Below are positions 1 through 16,554 of a DNA stretch of 64,000 bases, one piece after another (positions within the stretch are counted from its first letter, which is position 1; each line of letters begins with the position of its first letter). Source of the stretch: the human T2T-CHM13v2.0 reference genome, Homo sapiens; NCBI RefSeq assembly GCF_009914755.1, contig NC_060940.1; one strand, 5' to 3'. The notes beneath the pieces were generated by a model. That model was not told the origin of the DNA and did no database searches. It saw only the letters and a program-made list of their open reading frames with translations. Position numbers and translations under genes: made by a program.

Positions 1-330
1 TCTGTGCCTTTTCAGAAACTGTCTCAGGGAAGATGAGGCAAGATCAGCACTCTCCCCTCCAGCCACCCTGACCTTCTCACTCTACTCAGAACACTCTTTA
101 TCTTATGGTGTACTCCTAATGTAATCTAATAGCATCAAAGTAGCAAAATTTGAAGCTCTGAACCTCTGTGCCTTTTCATATGCTGTTTTTTTCTTTCCAA
201 AATGGTATTCTCTCCCAATTCAGATGTAAGCTCCTCTGGGAAGCCATACTGTCCTCTCTTGTCTGGGTAGCCTTAACCCTTTAATAAAAGCTATAGGAGA
301 ATCCTTACAGCCTTTTATTTGTCTATGGTT

Positions 331-979
<649 letters not shown>

Positions 980-1359
980 TGGTTCATCCTCCCAGCAACA
1001 TTTCATGGGCAGAGTTATCATCTACTGAAGGCTGGGTTGTTTGGTAAGAAGAAGACAGGCAAACCTGAATCCAGTCTTCAGCTCTGTCATTTAATAGGTG
1101 GTGGGGGGACACTAGGCAAAGAACTTAGTTTTTATAAAATGAAAATGGTAACATTTACCTCACGTAAGGATTAAGGGAGAAACACAGGGCTTAGCAGACT
1201 ACTTGACATATAGTCTATAAATGGTAAGAAGAGAGGAGATGAGGCAGAGAAGAAAGAGAGCAGAAGGGAGGGAGAGGTTTCTTTATATTCATAGTACTGG
1301 GTACCTATCAGTGGCTGAATAAATGTTTATTGAATTACTCCTGGCCAAATATTTGATGC

Positions 1360-2200
<841 letters not shown>

Positions 2201-2869
2201 TGGAGAGAAACACGGAGTGACAGACTATTTTACCCAGAGGATTCCACGAAGGCAAATGAGTTTTCAAATTCTTTCACCTCTAGGCATATTCTCCAGCTCC
2301 ACCATGATGTGGTCTTAGCTTTCCCTACCATGAGGACAATTTAGAGACAACCTAAAGACAGCTGTAACTTCCTCTAGTCTGGTCCCAATTGCAAGTCACA
2401 GGAAGGGCTGGAAGAAGCATTCCTGGATCTCTACCGGGCTCAGATGAGATTTTCTTGACAGGCATCCAGCTAAGACATTTGGGGAAAACACTAAGCAGGC
2501 TGAGAGAAGCTTCTCTGATCACCACAGCCTGGGCTGGACCATAGACCTTGGAAAGGAAAGCAGAGCTTAACTTTCAGATGGAGTTAAATTTGGTAACCAC
2601 TCAATGATTAAATTCTATTCGTTATGGATGAGGCATTTCCCAGTGTCATTCAAACTATTTAAAAGGATAAACCACACAAGGGAGGGGAAGAATCTATAAA
2701 GGGGGCATTATGAGGCTTTTCCACACCATCTATGTGCCTGAGCACTTGTGGTCCTCCCTGAACCAACATCATCTTATCATTAAGCCACAACAGCATGGAG
2801 CAAGTGACGATCTTCAGTGGCTGAAGGATTTGGACATGCAAGATACACTCATACAGTTTTAGCAGAAAA

Positions 2870-3360
2870 GACAAAACCATCTACAGCATCACCGCAGGAG
2901 TATATTTTGTTGAAAAGAAAACCATCATTGACCCTAAAAGGCACCAGTATCTACCCAGTTACTCAAGTCAGCAACCCAAGAATCATGGTTTGCTCTTCTT
3001 CAACATGCTACAAGTTTCCAAATCCTGTGATTCATTCATTTACTTATTCACTCATTCAGCACATATGCAGTGAGGGCCTACTCTGTTCAAGACATTGAAT
3101 TAGGCGCTAGGAGTTCGGTAGGGAATAAGACAGATTCTCTTCTTTCAATGAGAAGCCCTAGACATTGATGGGCGTATAAATCAAATAGTCACATGGATAA
3201 CTTTGCCAAGTGCTACACCAGGGAGATACAAGGTGATATGAGTATTGAGAACAGAGACCTGACCTGCACCAGAGGAGGTGAGGGGTGGAATCAGGGAAGG
3301 CATCCCCAAGGAAGTGGCATTTAACGCTAATCTGTGGATGATAAGCAGATAAACTGAACA
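2870..3360. mobile_element. L2 fragments
   Basis: cattcatttacttattcactcattcagc...ctactctgttcaagacattgaattaggcgct...gggaaggcatccccaaggaagtggcattt. Confidence 0.6.
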
Positions 3361-3398
3361 AGGGTGGAGGAGGAGGTTCTTCATGAAAAGTGGTAGTG

Positions 3399-3776
<378 letters not shown>

Positions 3777-4249
3777 TCATGAGACGTGGAATGGGGGTAG
3801 GCCTTCATACAAAGAATTCCGGACAGGAGGGCGTTTCTTACATCACCTAACTCTCCGTCTTCCATTCACTGCTGTTTTACTTCTGGCCCCAGTATCTCTT
3901 CCCAGGTGATTGCAGCAGCTATTCAACAGGCTTCCTCATTAGTTTCCTCTCCTTATTCTTTTCACTCCTTACTTGCAACCAGAATGGTTCTCCACACATA
4001 CCAATCTGTTCTTGTCACTTCCTGTTGCGAATCCACAGCGGCTCCCATTGTTCTCAGGACAAGTTCAGTCCCCTTAGCTTCTGGACACACACGGCTCTCA
4101 TTATCTAGGCCCTTGCCTTCCTTTCTCTTTCTCTCTCTCTCTGTCCACTTTTCCTCTATTTCTCCTTACTTCAGTAATACCGAAGGACTTGCAGCCTCTG
4201 TAAGGTGTGTGGCCCTTGCCTGTTCTATAGAAGCTTTGTAGTCTGCTTC

Positions 4250-4650
4250 TGTGGACAGAATTGCTGCTTATAAGCAGCTGCCCAGCCAGAGACTGCATTT
4301 TCAAACCATCCTCCCTGCCCCCTGCCCTAGTACCTAGCAGGGCCCATGCATCTGAGTTTGGACCAACGAAACATGGACAGAGGTATGCGATGCACATCAC
4401 TTCCAGGCCTGCCCCGTCCTGTGAGATCCTCTATGATCTCTCTTTCTTTCTCCCCAGTTTTCTGGTAGGTGTTGAAGTCAACCTGGGAAGCCCGTGTTAA
4501 AGATTACAGAGGCTTCATCGGCCTGGGACCCTGAATAACTCCACTCTCTTCTCCTATCCCCCGTCTCTATCCAGTCCCTGCATTTGAGCTTTATGTGAGC
4601 AAGGGAGAAAAAAAAAAGAAGCTTCTCTTATCTTAAATCACTAAGATTCC
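4250..4650 (+). mobile_element. Old MLT1 (MLT1J-like) LTR fragment
   Basis: catcacttccaggcct...gcctgggaccctgaataact...tcttaaatcactaagattc. Confidence 0.6.
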
Positions 4651-5518
4651 AGGCCCTTGACATCACCTACCATGTGTTAGGCTTTTCTGCATCCCAGACT
4701 GCATCCTCCTCATCCCTTCATTTTCCTAAGATTAATGGCCTGGGCCCTGGAGTCAGTCTATGTCCAAAGCTTACCACCGCGAGCAAAATACTTCTCAGTT
4801 TGCTCATTCACGTCATCGGAATAATAACAATGCATTTATTCCTCAGAGGGTCTCTGTGTATGTTAAATGAGCTGATGCTTGGGAGACACTAAACATAGGA
4901 CCAGGCATAAAGTAAGTGTTAGCTATCTTTATTATTGTTATTGTTATTACTGTTAAGTGTTGGTTTGCTTTTGTTTTTTTAATTTCATTCCCCCAAACCT
5001 ATAAGCCCCTCCATCAAAGCAACTGGTTCTTTTTCTTTTTGTGTCTGGTTCCTGCCACGTCGTAAATGCAGTAAATACTTGTGAATCAAAAAGCTGTCAC
5101 AAGCCAATTTTTTCTATATTCTAGAAGAGTTATTTGCTGAACTAAGGAGAGCCCTGCCAACTGAGTTAATCCCAGGGGGAGGAAAAATCATTCCCAGTGA
5201 TCTTGTAAATTTAAATCTATTAAGCAGTCTTTGGGGTTCTTTCTCATGCTATCCAACAGTCTGAATAGTCTTTCCAGATTTTTTGGCTGCCTCTGGTATG
5301 TAATATTCATTAAATGAGGTCCCCTTTTCATGGCCCCTGTGGCTGTCCCAGCATCACTCCATCCATCATCCCATGGTCCAGCTGTGCTGAGTCCACTTCC
5401 TTCAAGGCCCCAACTAGCAGGCAATGCATGGGATCTCAGAGCTAGAAGGGAATTAAGACATACACTCACTTTTGTCAGTCAAGTACTGTGTACTAGACTC
5501 TTCAAACATGCTGTTCAT

Positions 5519-5817
5519 GGCTGGGTGTGGTCGCTCACACCTGTAATCCCAACACTTTAGGAGGCCAAAGCAGGTGGATCACCTGAGGTCAGGAGTTCAA
5601 AACCAGCCTGGCCAACATGGTGAAACCCCATCTCTACTAAAAATACAAAAATTAGCCAGGCGTGGTGGTGGATGCCTGTAATCCCAGCTACTCAGGAGGC
5701 TGAGGCAAGAGAATCACTTGAACCCCGGAGGCGGAGGTCACAGTGAGCCAAGATCATGCCTTTGCACTCCAGCCTGGGCAACAAGAGCAAAACTCTGTCT
5801 CAAGAAAAAAAAAAAAA
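5519..5817 (+). mobile_element. AluS
   Basis: Alu consensus; TSD ATGCTGTTCAT. Confidence 0.95.
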
Positions 5818-5879
5818 TGCTGTTCATTTAACCCTCCTAAAATCCTCCCTGTTGAATAGTATGTGACAGAGAAGAGAAC

Positions 5880-6040
5880 AGAGTATGAGCTCTAAAGTCA
5901 GACTCCTTGGGTTTAGTCCCAGCTCCATCTTCCTAACCACACTAAGACTCAGTTTCTTCATCTGTATAGTGGAGGTGATGTTAGTGCCAGCCTTAGGTAT
6001 TACTTGTGAACTTGGGGCAGTGCTTGGCACATGACTGAAC
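5880..6040 (+). mobile_element. MIR
   Basis: ctcagtttcttcatctgtatagtggagg core motif. Confidence 0.65.
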
Positions 6041-7256
6041 ACCCACTGATTTCTGAGACTAAGAGTTTCAGTGTTATTTTCTAGGCTATAATGTTAATTA
6101 TAGTCAGAGGATCCAATTTGAACTCAAATATAGAGAGCTAGGGACCCCCGATTCAGTGCTCTTGACACTATACCACACAGTGGCCTCAGAAACACCTGCA
6201 CCTCGCTCATTTTTTCTGCCTGTCCCACCGTGAGCCCCAGGATAAGGGAGATTTCACTATGGCCAGATACCTGGTCCCCAGGGTCCTGCAATAATGGGAA
6301 ACAGAACCCCTGAAAATTTAAAGAGAACTAAATGGCTTTATCATGTCTTTCATGAATAATCAAAGCGATGAGGATTAACTGCATCTGCACATCAGCAGGA
6401 AGGGCTATGGCTGGGGACTCACTGGAATGATTAAGACCCTCTTTCCCTAACTGCTGACCCTGGGAAACAGGCCTTTGCCTTCCAAAATGTCAGAGACATT
6501 TCTGAGATATGTTGTGGAACGAGGGCCCCGCCTCCTTGCTCCCAGAAATCTCTAATGCCAACAGCACATGACTGGATTCCTCATAGCAGCAAAATGCCTT
6601 AGGTTAAAAATATGTAAATATATAGATCTAAAAACACCTCTTCCAATCCACGTCTATTGCTGAAAAAGCATCACTCATTCTTTATTTTAATTGTTTTTAT
6701 CTCCTTGACCGTAAATCATGATTGACTCAAATGAACTAACTTTATTATAAATATCGTATAGGTGAATTTGGCCTCTGTGACAGATTTATTTATGCAATAT
6801 TAGTTGAATAAATATATAAGCTCAGGAAGACAGAAGAGCTAAAGTAGATTGAGCTCAATAATTTCCATACATTGTCTATAAGATACTATCGCACCTCATT
6901 TTAACAGAGGAAACTGAGACACAGAGAGGTTAAGTAACTTATTCCAGGTCACACAGCTTATAGAGAGGAAGAGCTGGCAATGTGCACTCTCTTTGAATAC
7001 AGAGCCCATGTGTTTAAGTGCTAGGCTGGGCTGACAGGTAGGCAGTGCTGAAAGAAGCCCTGCCTCTGCCTAGAGTGAGATGGAAGGGATTTCACTCCGC
7101 GGGTTTTGTTGGTCGACTTTGCCTCCGTGAGTTAAGGATCGCCTGGGTTTTCCCAGGAGCTGAGGAAGAGGGGAGGATCTTTAGTTGACACAGCTGATTT
7201 CTCAAGGGGTCAGGCAGATTTGGTGCCTGGAGCTACCTTGATGTTAACCATCTGGC

Positions 7257-7403
7257 TGAAATTAAACCCCAGGCTCCCATGTTCATAAATTAAACCTCAG
7301 GCTGCTGTGTCCATAAATTAAACTTCAAGCTGCTGCATCTATGAAATTAAACCTCAGGCTCCTGTGTCCATGAAATTAAACCTCAGGCTGCTGTGTTCGT
7401 GAA
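7257..7403. repeat. Minisatellite, ~29-bp unit, ~5 copies
   Basis: Repeated (t/g)aaattaaacctcaggctgctgtgtccat. Confidence 0.92.
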
Positions 7404-8559
7404 GGCAGGGATGGTGTGAACCCTTCATCCCCTGTATCCCAACCACTGATCTCAGTACCCAGCACATTGGTGCTGCTTCGGAAATATTTGTAGAAGAAAT
7501 GAAAGAATCAAGGGAAAGAAGACAGAAAAGGGCCAAAACCAGCAGTATGTACATTATAAAAATGGTATGAAACTTAAGGGTCCAGATTCTGGAGTCAGAG
7601 CTGGTTTTCATGCCAGCTTCTCTGGTTTCCAGGTGACAGAGCTTGAGCAAGTACTTTAACTTCCTTGGACTTTGTTTCTTCCTCTATAAAGAACAGGTCT
7701 AATACGTATTGTATCCTTATTATATGGCATTTTAAAAAGGGGGTCTTGTAATGGACTTAGATGCTCCCTGGCACATAGAAAATTCAAATGTTAGCTGCTA
7801 TTATTCCTATTATATCATTATTATCACTGTCTCATTAGACAATATTACCCAGCGATACTTTGGCATTTACAGCCAGAAGCAAACAGGTTAGGTTGACGGT
7901 TGAAACCTAGAGCGAGGGGCAAAGAAAGCCGATCTCATCTCCCTTGGTCTATCTTCCCTGACAGCCGCTGCTCCATGCTCTATGAACTGGTGAGATTGTC
8001 TCAAGCCCCCTTCCAAACATCGCTTTCCTTGACCACATATGAAATAATTAGACTTTAGGGAAAATTTAGCTCTATAGTTCTGGCCCCTTGGATACATGCT
8101 GAGAACTCCAAACACAGGGACTACTCTTGGCCGGGTTTATATGACTCTGGGGACCCATCCACTTTTCCAGTGACATACCCAAAAGGCCACAGTTGCTTTT
8201 CAGATTATTATTGCCTTTATTAAGAAGAAAAATCAGTTGAGTTGGGAAAGGGAGGTGTGTAGCAAGAAGCAGCCTCGTTGCCTTTGAGGCGCGTGGTCTC
8301 TGTTCTCACTGACACCCACCAGGATGTTGGCCCTGGCCCCCCATCACCCAGGCTGGCCACTGGTCACTCTGATTGTGTTCATTTTGCAGCTCATGTCATG
8401 GCAAATTTGGCAGTTTCCCTTTTCCTTGCACTCACCCCCCTGCTCTCAACATGCCTGGGCGTCCGACTCCACGACAGGATAGAGAGATTAAATTTGAGCA
8501 CTCCCTGCCCCTCACACAAGCTATGTCCCTCTCCCCACCGCAACAAACTGATCTATACT

Positions 8560-8835
8560 TCCTGTCTCCTTCCCTTTCCCTCCTCCTTTCCCTCCCTGCC
8601 TCTCTGTTCCTTTGTCTTTCTGTCCATTTCCATCTCTCTTTCCTTTTTTTTCACTCTTTTTCTGTCTCCCTTCCTCTCTTTTCCGTTTCCTTCTCTCCTT
8701 CCTTCCTTTCTTCTTTTTCTCTCTCTCATTTCTTTCCTTCTTCTTTTCCTTCTCTCTTTCTCTCCTTCCTCCCTTCCTCCTTCTCTTTCTCCCCTTTATT
8801 CTTTCTCTCCACCCCCCACCCCCATCTCTTTCTTT
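8560..8835. repeat. Polypyrimidine (CT-rich) low-complexity tract
   Basis: ~275 nt almost entirely C/T on the + strand. Confidence 0.92.
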
Positions 8836-9182
8836 CAGCATCTGTCAAGTACAAGCCCTGGGGGTAACTGTGTTGGTCTCTGGGTATTCCATAGTGAGCA
8901 AACTCAGGTCTCATCCCATATTCCTGAAGCCTGCAGTCCTGTGGATATGATATAGACTTACAAAGAGGCGCATTAGTCATCGATGGCAGTGGTAATTGGT
9001 ACTAGAGGGAGGAGTAAAAGCTGCCGCAGAACATGAGGACGTAAGTGCCTGGTCTAGAGGACCCAAGATGACTGTGCTCAGGGACTAAACTGAGGACTGA
9101 TGTCTGAAGGAGGGGGAGGGAATGAGAGGTGAAGGGAATGAAGGGGGAAAGGATACAGTGTTTTAAGAATGGGCAACAACAC

Positions 9183-9463
9183 GGCCGGGCGCGATGGCTC
9201 ACGCCTGTAATCCTAGCACTTTGGGAGGCCGAGACGGGCAGATCACGAGGTCAGGAGATGGAGACCATCCTGGCCAACACGGTGAAACCCTGTCTCTACT
9301 AAAAATACAAAAAAATCAGCTGGGCGTGGTGGTGGGCACCTGTAGTTCCAGCTACTCAGGAGGCTGAGGCAGGAGAATGGTGTGAACCTGGGAGGCAGAG
9401 CTTGCAGTGAGCCGAAATCGCGCCACTGCACTCCAGCCTGGGCGACAGAGAGATACTCCATAT

Positions 9464-9495
<32 letters not shown>
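9183..9495 (+). mobile_element. AluY-like
   Basis: gagcttgcagtgagccg diagnostic, long poly-A, TSD AAGAATGGGCAA(C/G)AACA. Confidence 0.95.
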
Positions 9496-9497
<2 letters not shown>

Positions 9498-11012
9498 ATG
9501 GGCAAGAACATGAGACCTGGGCATTTGACAAACTGACCAGAGTATGACAAGTGAGAAGGAGAATAGAGAAAGAAATGACAGTAAGTGATTGGGTGGTACA
9601 CAACCTTGGGGCGGGATCAGCAATCTATCTTGTCATGGGCCCTCCAGGAGACTCTAATGCATGCTCAAGGTTGAGAACCACTGATGCAGAGCACTTAGAA
9701 CAGAACCTGATGCTCAGCAGTTCAATAAGAATTAAATATCACCCTCATTGCATGGAGGTGCTTTAGAACATGCAAAGCACATTAAATATGGATTTAAAGA
9801 ATGTATTGATCTTCAATGTCAACCCTGAATGAGTGTATGGTCATTTATGTCTATGATGGCATAGAGTTGAGAGTCTTTGGGGTGAGACTGACCTATATTT
9901 GCATCTTAGCTTCCGCACCTTGCTGGGTGATCTTAATCAAGCTGCTTCATCTCTCTAAGACTCAGTTTCCTCATTTGTAAAATTGGCAAAACACCTCCCC
10001 TCCTAAGGTTGCTGTGAAGTTTAATGAGATAATCTATGGAATCGTTAGCTCTCCAAGAGAGCCTGCAGTGAGTGGTGGCTGTGATTATGCCAATATCATG
10101 CCCTGCATCAGAGATAAGAGGTAACAGAATCATTACCTTGTACACGTTTTAGTGTTTGCTCATAAAAGCAAATGGGCAGTGCAGCATATTAGGTGGGGAG
10201 GCAGGGAGGCAGGTAGTCAGGGAAGTTCTCATAAAAGGGCACACGTGAATGGTTATTTCAAAATCTTTCAAAACCAAACCTATGACCTCTTCCCCTTTTA
10301 AACATCTCTGTATGCTGGCCCAGCTGGTGGAAGGGCTGACCTCTCTCTGTAGCATAAAGCTAGTAGTTAGAGTATCAGGAGCATTCCATTCTTGTTGTAA
10401 AATAACAAGAAAAACAACCGATAAAGAGTATCTAGATGCTATTCATCTTCTTCAGTTTCTTTTTTATTTTGTATCCATAAAATCTGTCTGGTATTCAGAT
10501 CTGTGCTCCTCATCCTAGGAACACTCATTTCGTTTTGCATGTCAGGAGAAAATACTACAGACCAGTTGTATTTGTAAAATACACAGCAACTTAGTGATGA
10601 ATATGTTTACTCCCGTGGTAGGACAATGCAGTGGTTAGGGCTCTGGACTTGGCAGATACGTATTTGATTCCTGGCCCAGCTATTTGATGATTGTGAGACC
10701 TGGGGCACATTCCTTCACCTCTCGAAGTCTCAGCTTGCTCATTTGTAAACACTCATTTAATGCATAGGGTCTAGAATGTAATGCATACTTAGCTATTTTT
10801 AACTGTGGTATTGGAAATCATCTTATTACACAATCCAGCATGGATTTCAGAAGGCAAATATTCAAATTCCATAAACATGCTTGTTATATACTTTTTCACT
10901 CCTCTTCATCTTAAGGGTTATGGTAACTTTAGCTTCAAACCTTAAGCAAGCTACATGGATTTAAAAGTTAACTATTAAATCAAATGGCCTTGTATGCACC
11001 AATAACATGTCA

Positions 11013-11311
11013 TTTTTTTGTTTGTTTGAGGCAGAGTCTTGCTGTGTTGCCTGGACTAGAGTGCAGTAGTGCAATCGGGGCTCACTGCAGTCTCAACTTT
11101 CTGGGCTCAAACAATCCTCCCACCTCAGTCTCCCAAGTAACTGAGACTACAGGCTCATGCCACCATACCCAGCTAATGTTTAAAAACTTTTTGGTGAGAT
11201 GGGAACTCACTATTTGGTCCAGGCTGGTTTTGAACTCCTGGGCTCATGCAGTCCTCCTGCCTTGGTCTCCCAAAGTGCTAGGATTACAGGCATGAGCCGC
11301 CACACCTGGCC
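11013..11311 (-). mobile_element. AluJ-like
   Basis: Diverged Alu; AATAACA..TTTT TSD-like flanks. Confidence 0.9.
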
Positions 11312-11807
11312 AATAACACATTTTTTATGAGCATTCAGAAATGTTCATATATAACTCTCTCATCGGGCAGGAATGCCTGGGTGTATTTCCTCCTTGTTGA
11401 CCCATTACACATGACAGATTGTCACCCTCCTAATGGTAGTCATGGGACACTGGAAGCGTAAATTACTACCACCTCTTCTGTCTCACAAATGTCAGACTTT
11501 GTCCACGGTACAGGAATGTCCTCTATGTCAAAGAGCTGACAATTCCATCACCCTGTCTCCTGGAAACTGCTTTTTAGAGTGGGCTTCATTGTTCTGACAA
11601 AGGGAGAAAGGTGGGGGCTTCCTACATGATTGAAAAAGCCTGGAAACTATTTCCTCTGGAGATGATCGTCCTGAGCTCTACATGGGGGTGGAACATGGTG
11701 GCAAAATGCGAGTCTCAACTGGTGCAAGGAAAAGCCTGGATTTCACTTTTTCTGAAAGACTTAGTGGTGTCTAAGCCTTTATCCATCAGGAGAAGCTACC
11801 AAGGGCT

Positions 11808-12114
<307 letters not shown>

Positions 12115-14074
12115 CTACCAAGGGCTTTCAAAACCAGTCTGGTTGCTCTTTTCCAAGGAGAAAGTCTAAAAACTCTTTCTGGGCCCTGATGAACCTGAGA
12201 GCCATTGGAAACACACTCCTGTAGATCTATAGATGGGTGCCCACTCAGTGTCTGGCCCTGTACAAGGCCCTGCAGAGACGAAATGGGTAAGACACAGTGC
12301 TTGCATTGAGAGGGCTCCCAGTTCCCTGGAGGAGACCAACGAGCAACCAAATATGTGCATGGAGTGTGGAGTCTGCAATGACAGAACCAACGAAAGTAAT
12401 TCACAGGAAAAAAATGATTAATTCCTGTGCGGAGTGGGGGAATGATAGGTTAGCAGAGTTCTTAAATAGGAGTTTTCTAGGTAGCCAAGAAACATGGCAC
12501 AAAAGCCCAGGAGAACATGATACTTTGAGAGAGCTGTAAGAATCGGGTATGGCCAAAGCCAGGGGTAGGTAGTGATAAGTGACACAGGCAGCCAGAAATA
12601 AATCACGAGGGCCCTGGTTCTTACTGTAATGTCAGTTTCCTAAAACACCTCTGCTCTCTCTACTCCCAGCCCCACTAATTGAGTTTTATTCACAACTCCT
12701 TGGATGGATAAACTGATGGATGAATGAATTCCAAGATAATACCAAGTAGCAATTTTTCAAATTTTACCATGTAAATTTGTATGCATAATATGTATGTAAA
12801 ATTAAACAAGGAAATGTATTTTTCCCCGTTCCATTTTTGACAAGCATGCTGCTCAGTGCCTTGCATTCGTTATTTTATTTCTGCTCACAACTCTGTGAGG
12901 TATAGCGTATTCTCATCAACTCATTTTGAGATTTAAGAACTCAGAATTTACTGAAATAAAGCCAGTCACCCAAAGTCACAAGATTGGCAAAGACAGAGGT
13001 ACAATTCACACTCAGATAGGTCCTTCTCAAATCCTGTGTTTTAAGCCACAAAGATAGGTCAGGAAATGAGAAAGGGGACAGCAGGTACGGGTCTACCCAT
13101 CTGCTCATTGCCTCTGCCCACTCAACTATTGTGGGAGCATCAAGGTGACCTTGCTATGGGCTGTTTTTTCAATGGTTTATAGGGTCATGTTGGCCTCGGA
13201 GAAGCCAGCTGGGCAGTGGGAGGGCAGGGGTGAAGCTCATGGGGCTGGCAGGGTGGTAAGGATGCACCAGGATGCCCCAACTTAAAGAGGTGGGCACATT
13301 ACTCCCAGATCTCCAGAGCCCCAACAGAAGGTCGACCCCCAGGAGAGATGCTGGATTTAGCAAATACAAATTTTATCTGGCAAACCTTACTTCCCAGGAA
13401 CCCCTGAGTTCTCCTACAGAAAGTTCTAAACATTCCAGGGAATTAATTACACCAGTGAGGCTGAAAGCCAGGATTTGAGTTGATTAGGAGACACGTCCAG
13501 TCAGGAATGCATTAAGAACGGGAAATATTTTAAGCCTCAAGAGCAGCAGCTAAAAGGAGCCCTGTTCTCTAGAGCCCATCCCCACAATGAGAAAAAGGCT
13601 GTATTCAGTGCAGACCTGGACCCCCCTTCACAGGGCCAAACAGAGGCCAGTCTACTCCCTGTCCCTGATACAAACTGGTCCCCGATAAAAACTGGTCTAA
13701 TATTTGCATACAACCTATGCTCACTCAGGGTCCCTCCCCAGCCATGCGACCCCACAGCATGGGGAGACAATTAGACCCAGAAGTCTGGGCTTGTGGAGGA
13801 GGACCAGCAGAGAGACCAACCTGCCTCTGCCTTCCTCTGCCAGGGAGAGCAGGAGACAGGTGGTGGACCTTCTTGGGTCACCCAGCAGATCTTTACTGAG
13901 CATGTACTATGAGCCAGGTGGCATGCTAGGTATCTGGAATACAATGGCAAACAAAATAGTCACTGTCCTCAAGGACCATCTGTAAGGGAGAAAGGCACAT
14001 AGCTATACAGCAAATATATACACACACACACATATACATATTATACATATAGTATGTGTGTGTAAATAAGATAT

Positions 14075-14730
<656 letters not shown>

Positions 14731-15059
14731 TATACACACAAACATATACACATATACACACACGATAAATAAGTGTGTGTGCATGTGTATATATATATAT
14801 GAAAGGATCAAGATGCTATCATAGAGAATATCAGGCAGAGAGACCTACTGCACATTAAATCATCAAAGATGTCTTCACTGAGTGGGTGACATTTAAGCAG
14901 AGATAAGGAGGCAGTTATGTGAAAAGCAGGAAGAAAGCACTTTGCAAAGCTTTTGGAAATTGCAAACATCCCAGACAGGACTTGCCATCAAGATTAAGTC
15001 ATTGGAAGAGCATTTTCTTCCTAGTCACAGAGCTTGCTTGCTAAGATCTAGCCTGCTGG

Positions 15060-15510
15060 CCATTGGGCTGTGTAGCAGACACAGCCATATCCCCATCCCT
15101 GAGGTCGGCGCTGACAGTCCCCATTCACACAGGCAGATGCCCACAGCTCTGCCTGAGGTTGTTTCCTGGTTTGCAATTTGGCCCATGTTCAGGCAGGTTG
15201 CAAGAGCCCTGAGTTAATGCCACAGGCGCATCCCTCAGCAGGTGCGGGATAAGAGTGTGGCAGTATGTTCCTGAGTGTGCTCTCCCCCTCTGTGGGACAG
15301 TTAGGAGGTGTGTTCTATGTCACCTCTCAGAGGGGCCCCACTAGAATAGAGCTTTGTTGTTCACAGGGGTAAGCCACTTTGTAGGCTTTCCTCCCTTCCC
15401 CGCCTCACCACCCTAACTCGTTCATCTGACTTCCTGAGACCCATTCCAACTAAACTATATGCACCCACACTTTTACCCTAGGGTCCACTTGTGGGGAAAT
15501 TCAAACCCTT
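15060..15510 (+). mobile_element. LTR16-like (ERVL) LTR
   Basis: ctctgcctgagg...gagttaatgcc...tgggacagttaggaggtgtgttc...ttcctcccttccc...ggggaaattcaaac. Confidence 0.6.
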
Positions 15511-16554
15511 TGAACAAGTCTTTGATGATCAGCCAAGATGAACACAAACACCTCTCCTCATCATCCCCTTCCCCAGTCGCTTTCTCTCCAGCCCAGCCTG
15601 TCCGCTCATCCTCTCCATGTAATTCTGCACTGTCCAACCGTCCACCCTGAGAGCCAGACTAGCTCCCCTTTTTCCTCTGCCTGGCAAGTTTCTATTCACC
15701 ATTTAAATGTCACTTCCTTTTGGAAGCCCCTCCCGCTCTTCTGCCTCTATGCCCTCTACATTATCTTTCTAATATTACCCTTATTAGATTCATCTATCTG
15801 TGCATTCATCCATCTGTCCATTCGTCCATCTGTCCGTCCATCCATCCAGCAGCTATGCCTTAACTGCCTCTATATCCCAGGCACTAATGTGTGCAATTAT
15901 CCCGGGTCTTCCTGTGCTAGAGGGGTCTTCTTGAAATCAGAATGGGCCTTAGCATCTCTGTGCTTCCACCACATATCACAGGGTCTGGGATGGAGTGGGT
16001 GCTTGGCAAGTGTTGGATCAAATTAAATGGATGAACTTTGCCTATCCTATGTAATGATAATGAGGTTCTTAATTACACAGGGGGAGGATACATTAGTATG
16101 TAGAATTAATAAGTGAGTACATTGTCATCAACATGTGAGCTACATGTAGACACAGTTTCATTACTGAAAACAGCTTGTAAGCTATTATGCCAGTGACTGC
16201 TTGATTTCCCAATACCAAAGCAGAAACAGCCCCCAGCAGGTTCCGCTTGATCCCTCAGTGAACCACAATGACAGAAATTCTTGCTTTGCTGCCCCAAATA
16301 TTTTCTTTAGAATTTTACTGAACCCTTTGACCTCACGATTTCATACTGGTAGGGCTGCCGTATACTGATGAAAGACAGGATGCCACCTTCACTACTGGCA
16401 ATATCTTCTAAAGAGATAACCAGAGAGTTAGTCAAACAGCCAGCCAGTCTCTATGCAAACATTGAGCATCAGCAGTTCTTCCAGCAATGAGCTAGACACA
16501 AAGTATACAGTCATAGGTAAGATGGACTTAGACTCTGGCTTCTGAAACTTAGAA

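Noticed and set aside
7257-7403. CRISPR-like appearance of 29-bp repeats (also the 42-bp array at 40020)
   Set aside because: Units are contiguous with no unique spacers, no cas genes, and the context is eukaryotic
8278-8980. Longest ORF (225 aa) and overlapping F/L/S- or K/R/E-rich ORFs
   Set aside because: Artefacts of the stop-poor CT-rich tract; no domain or splice support
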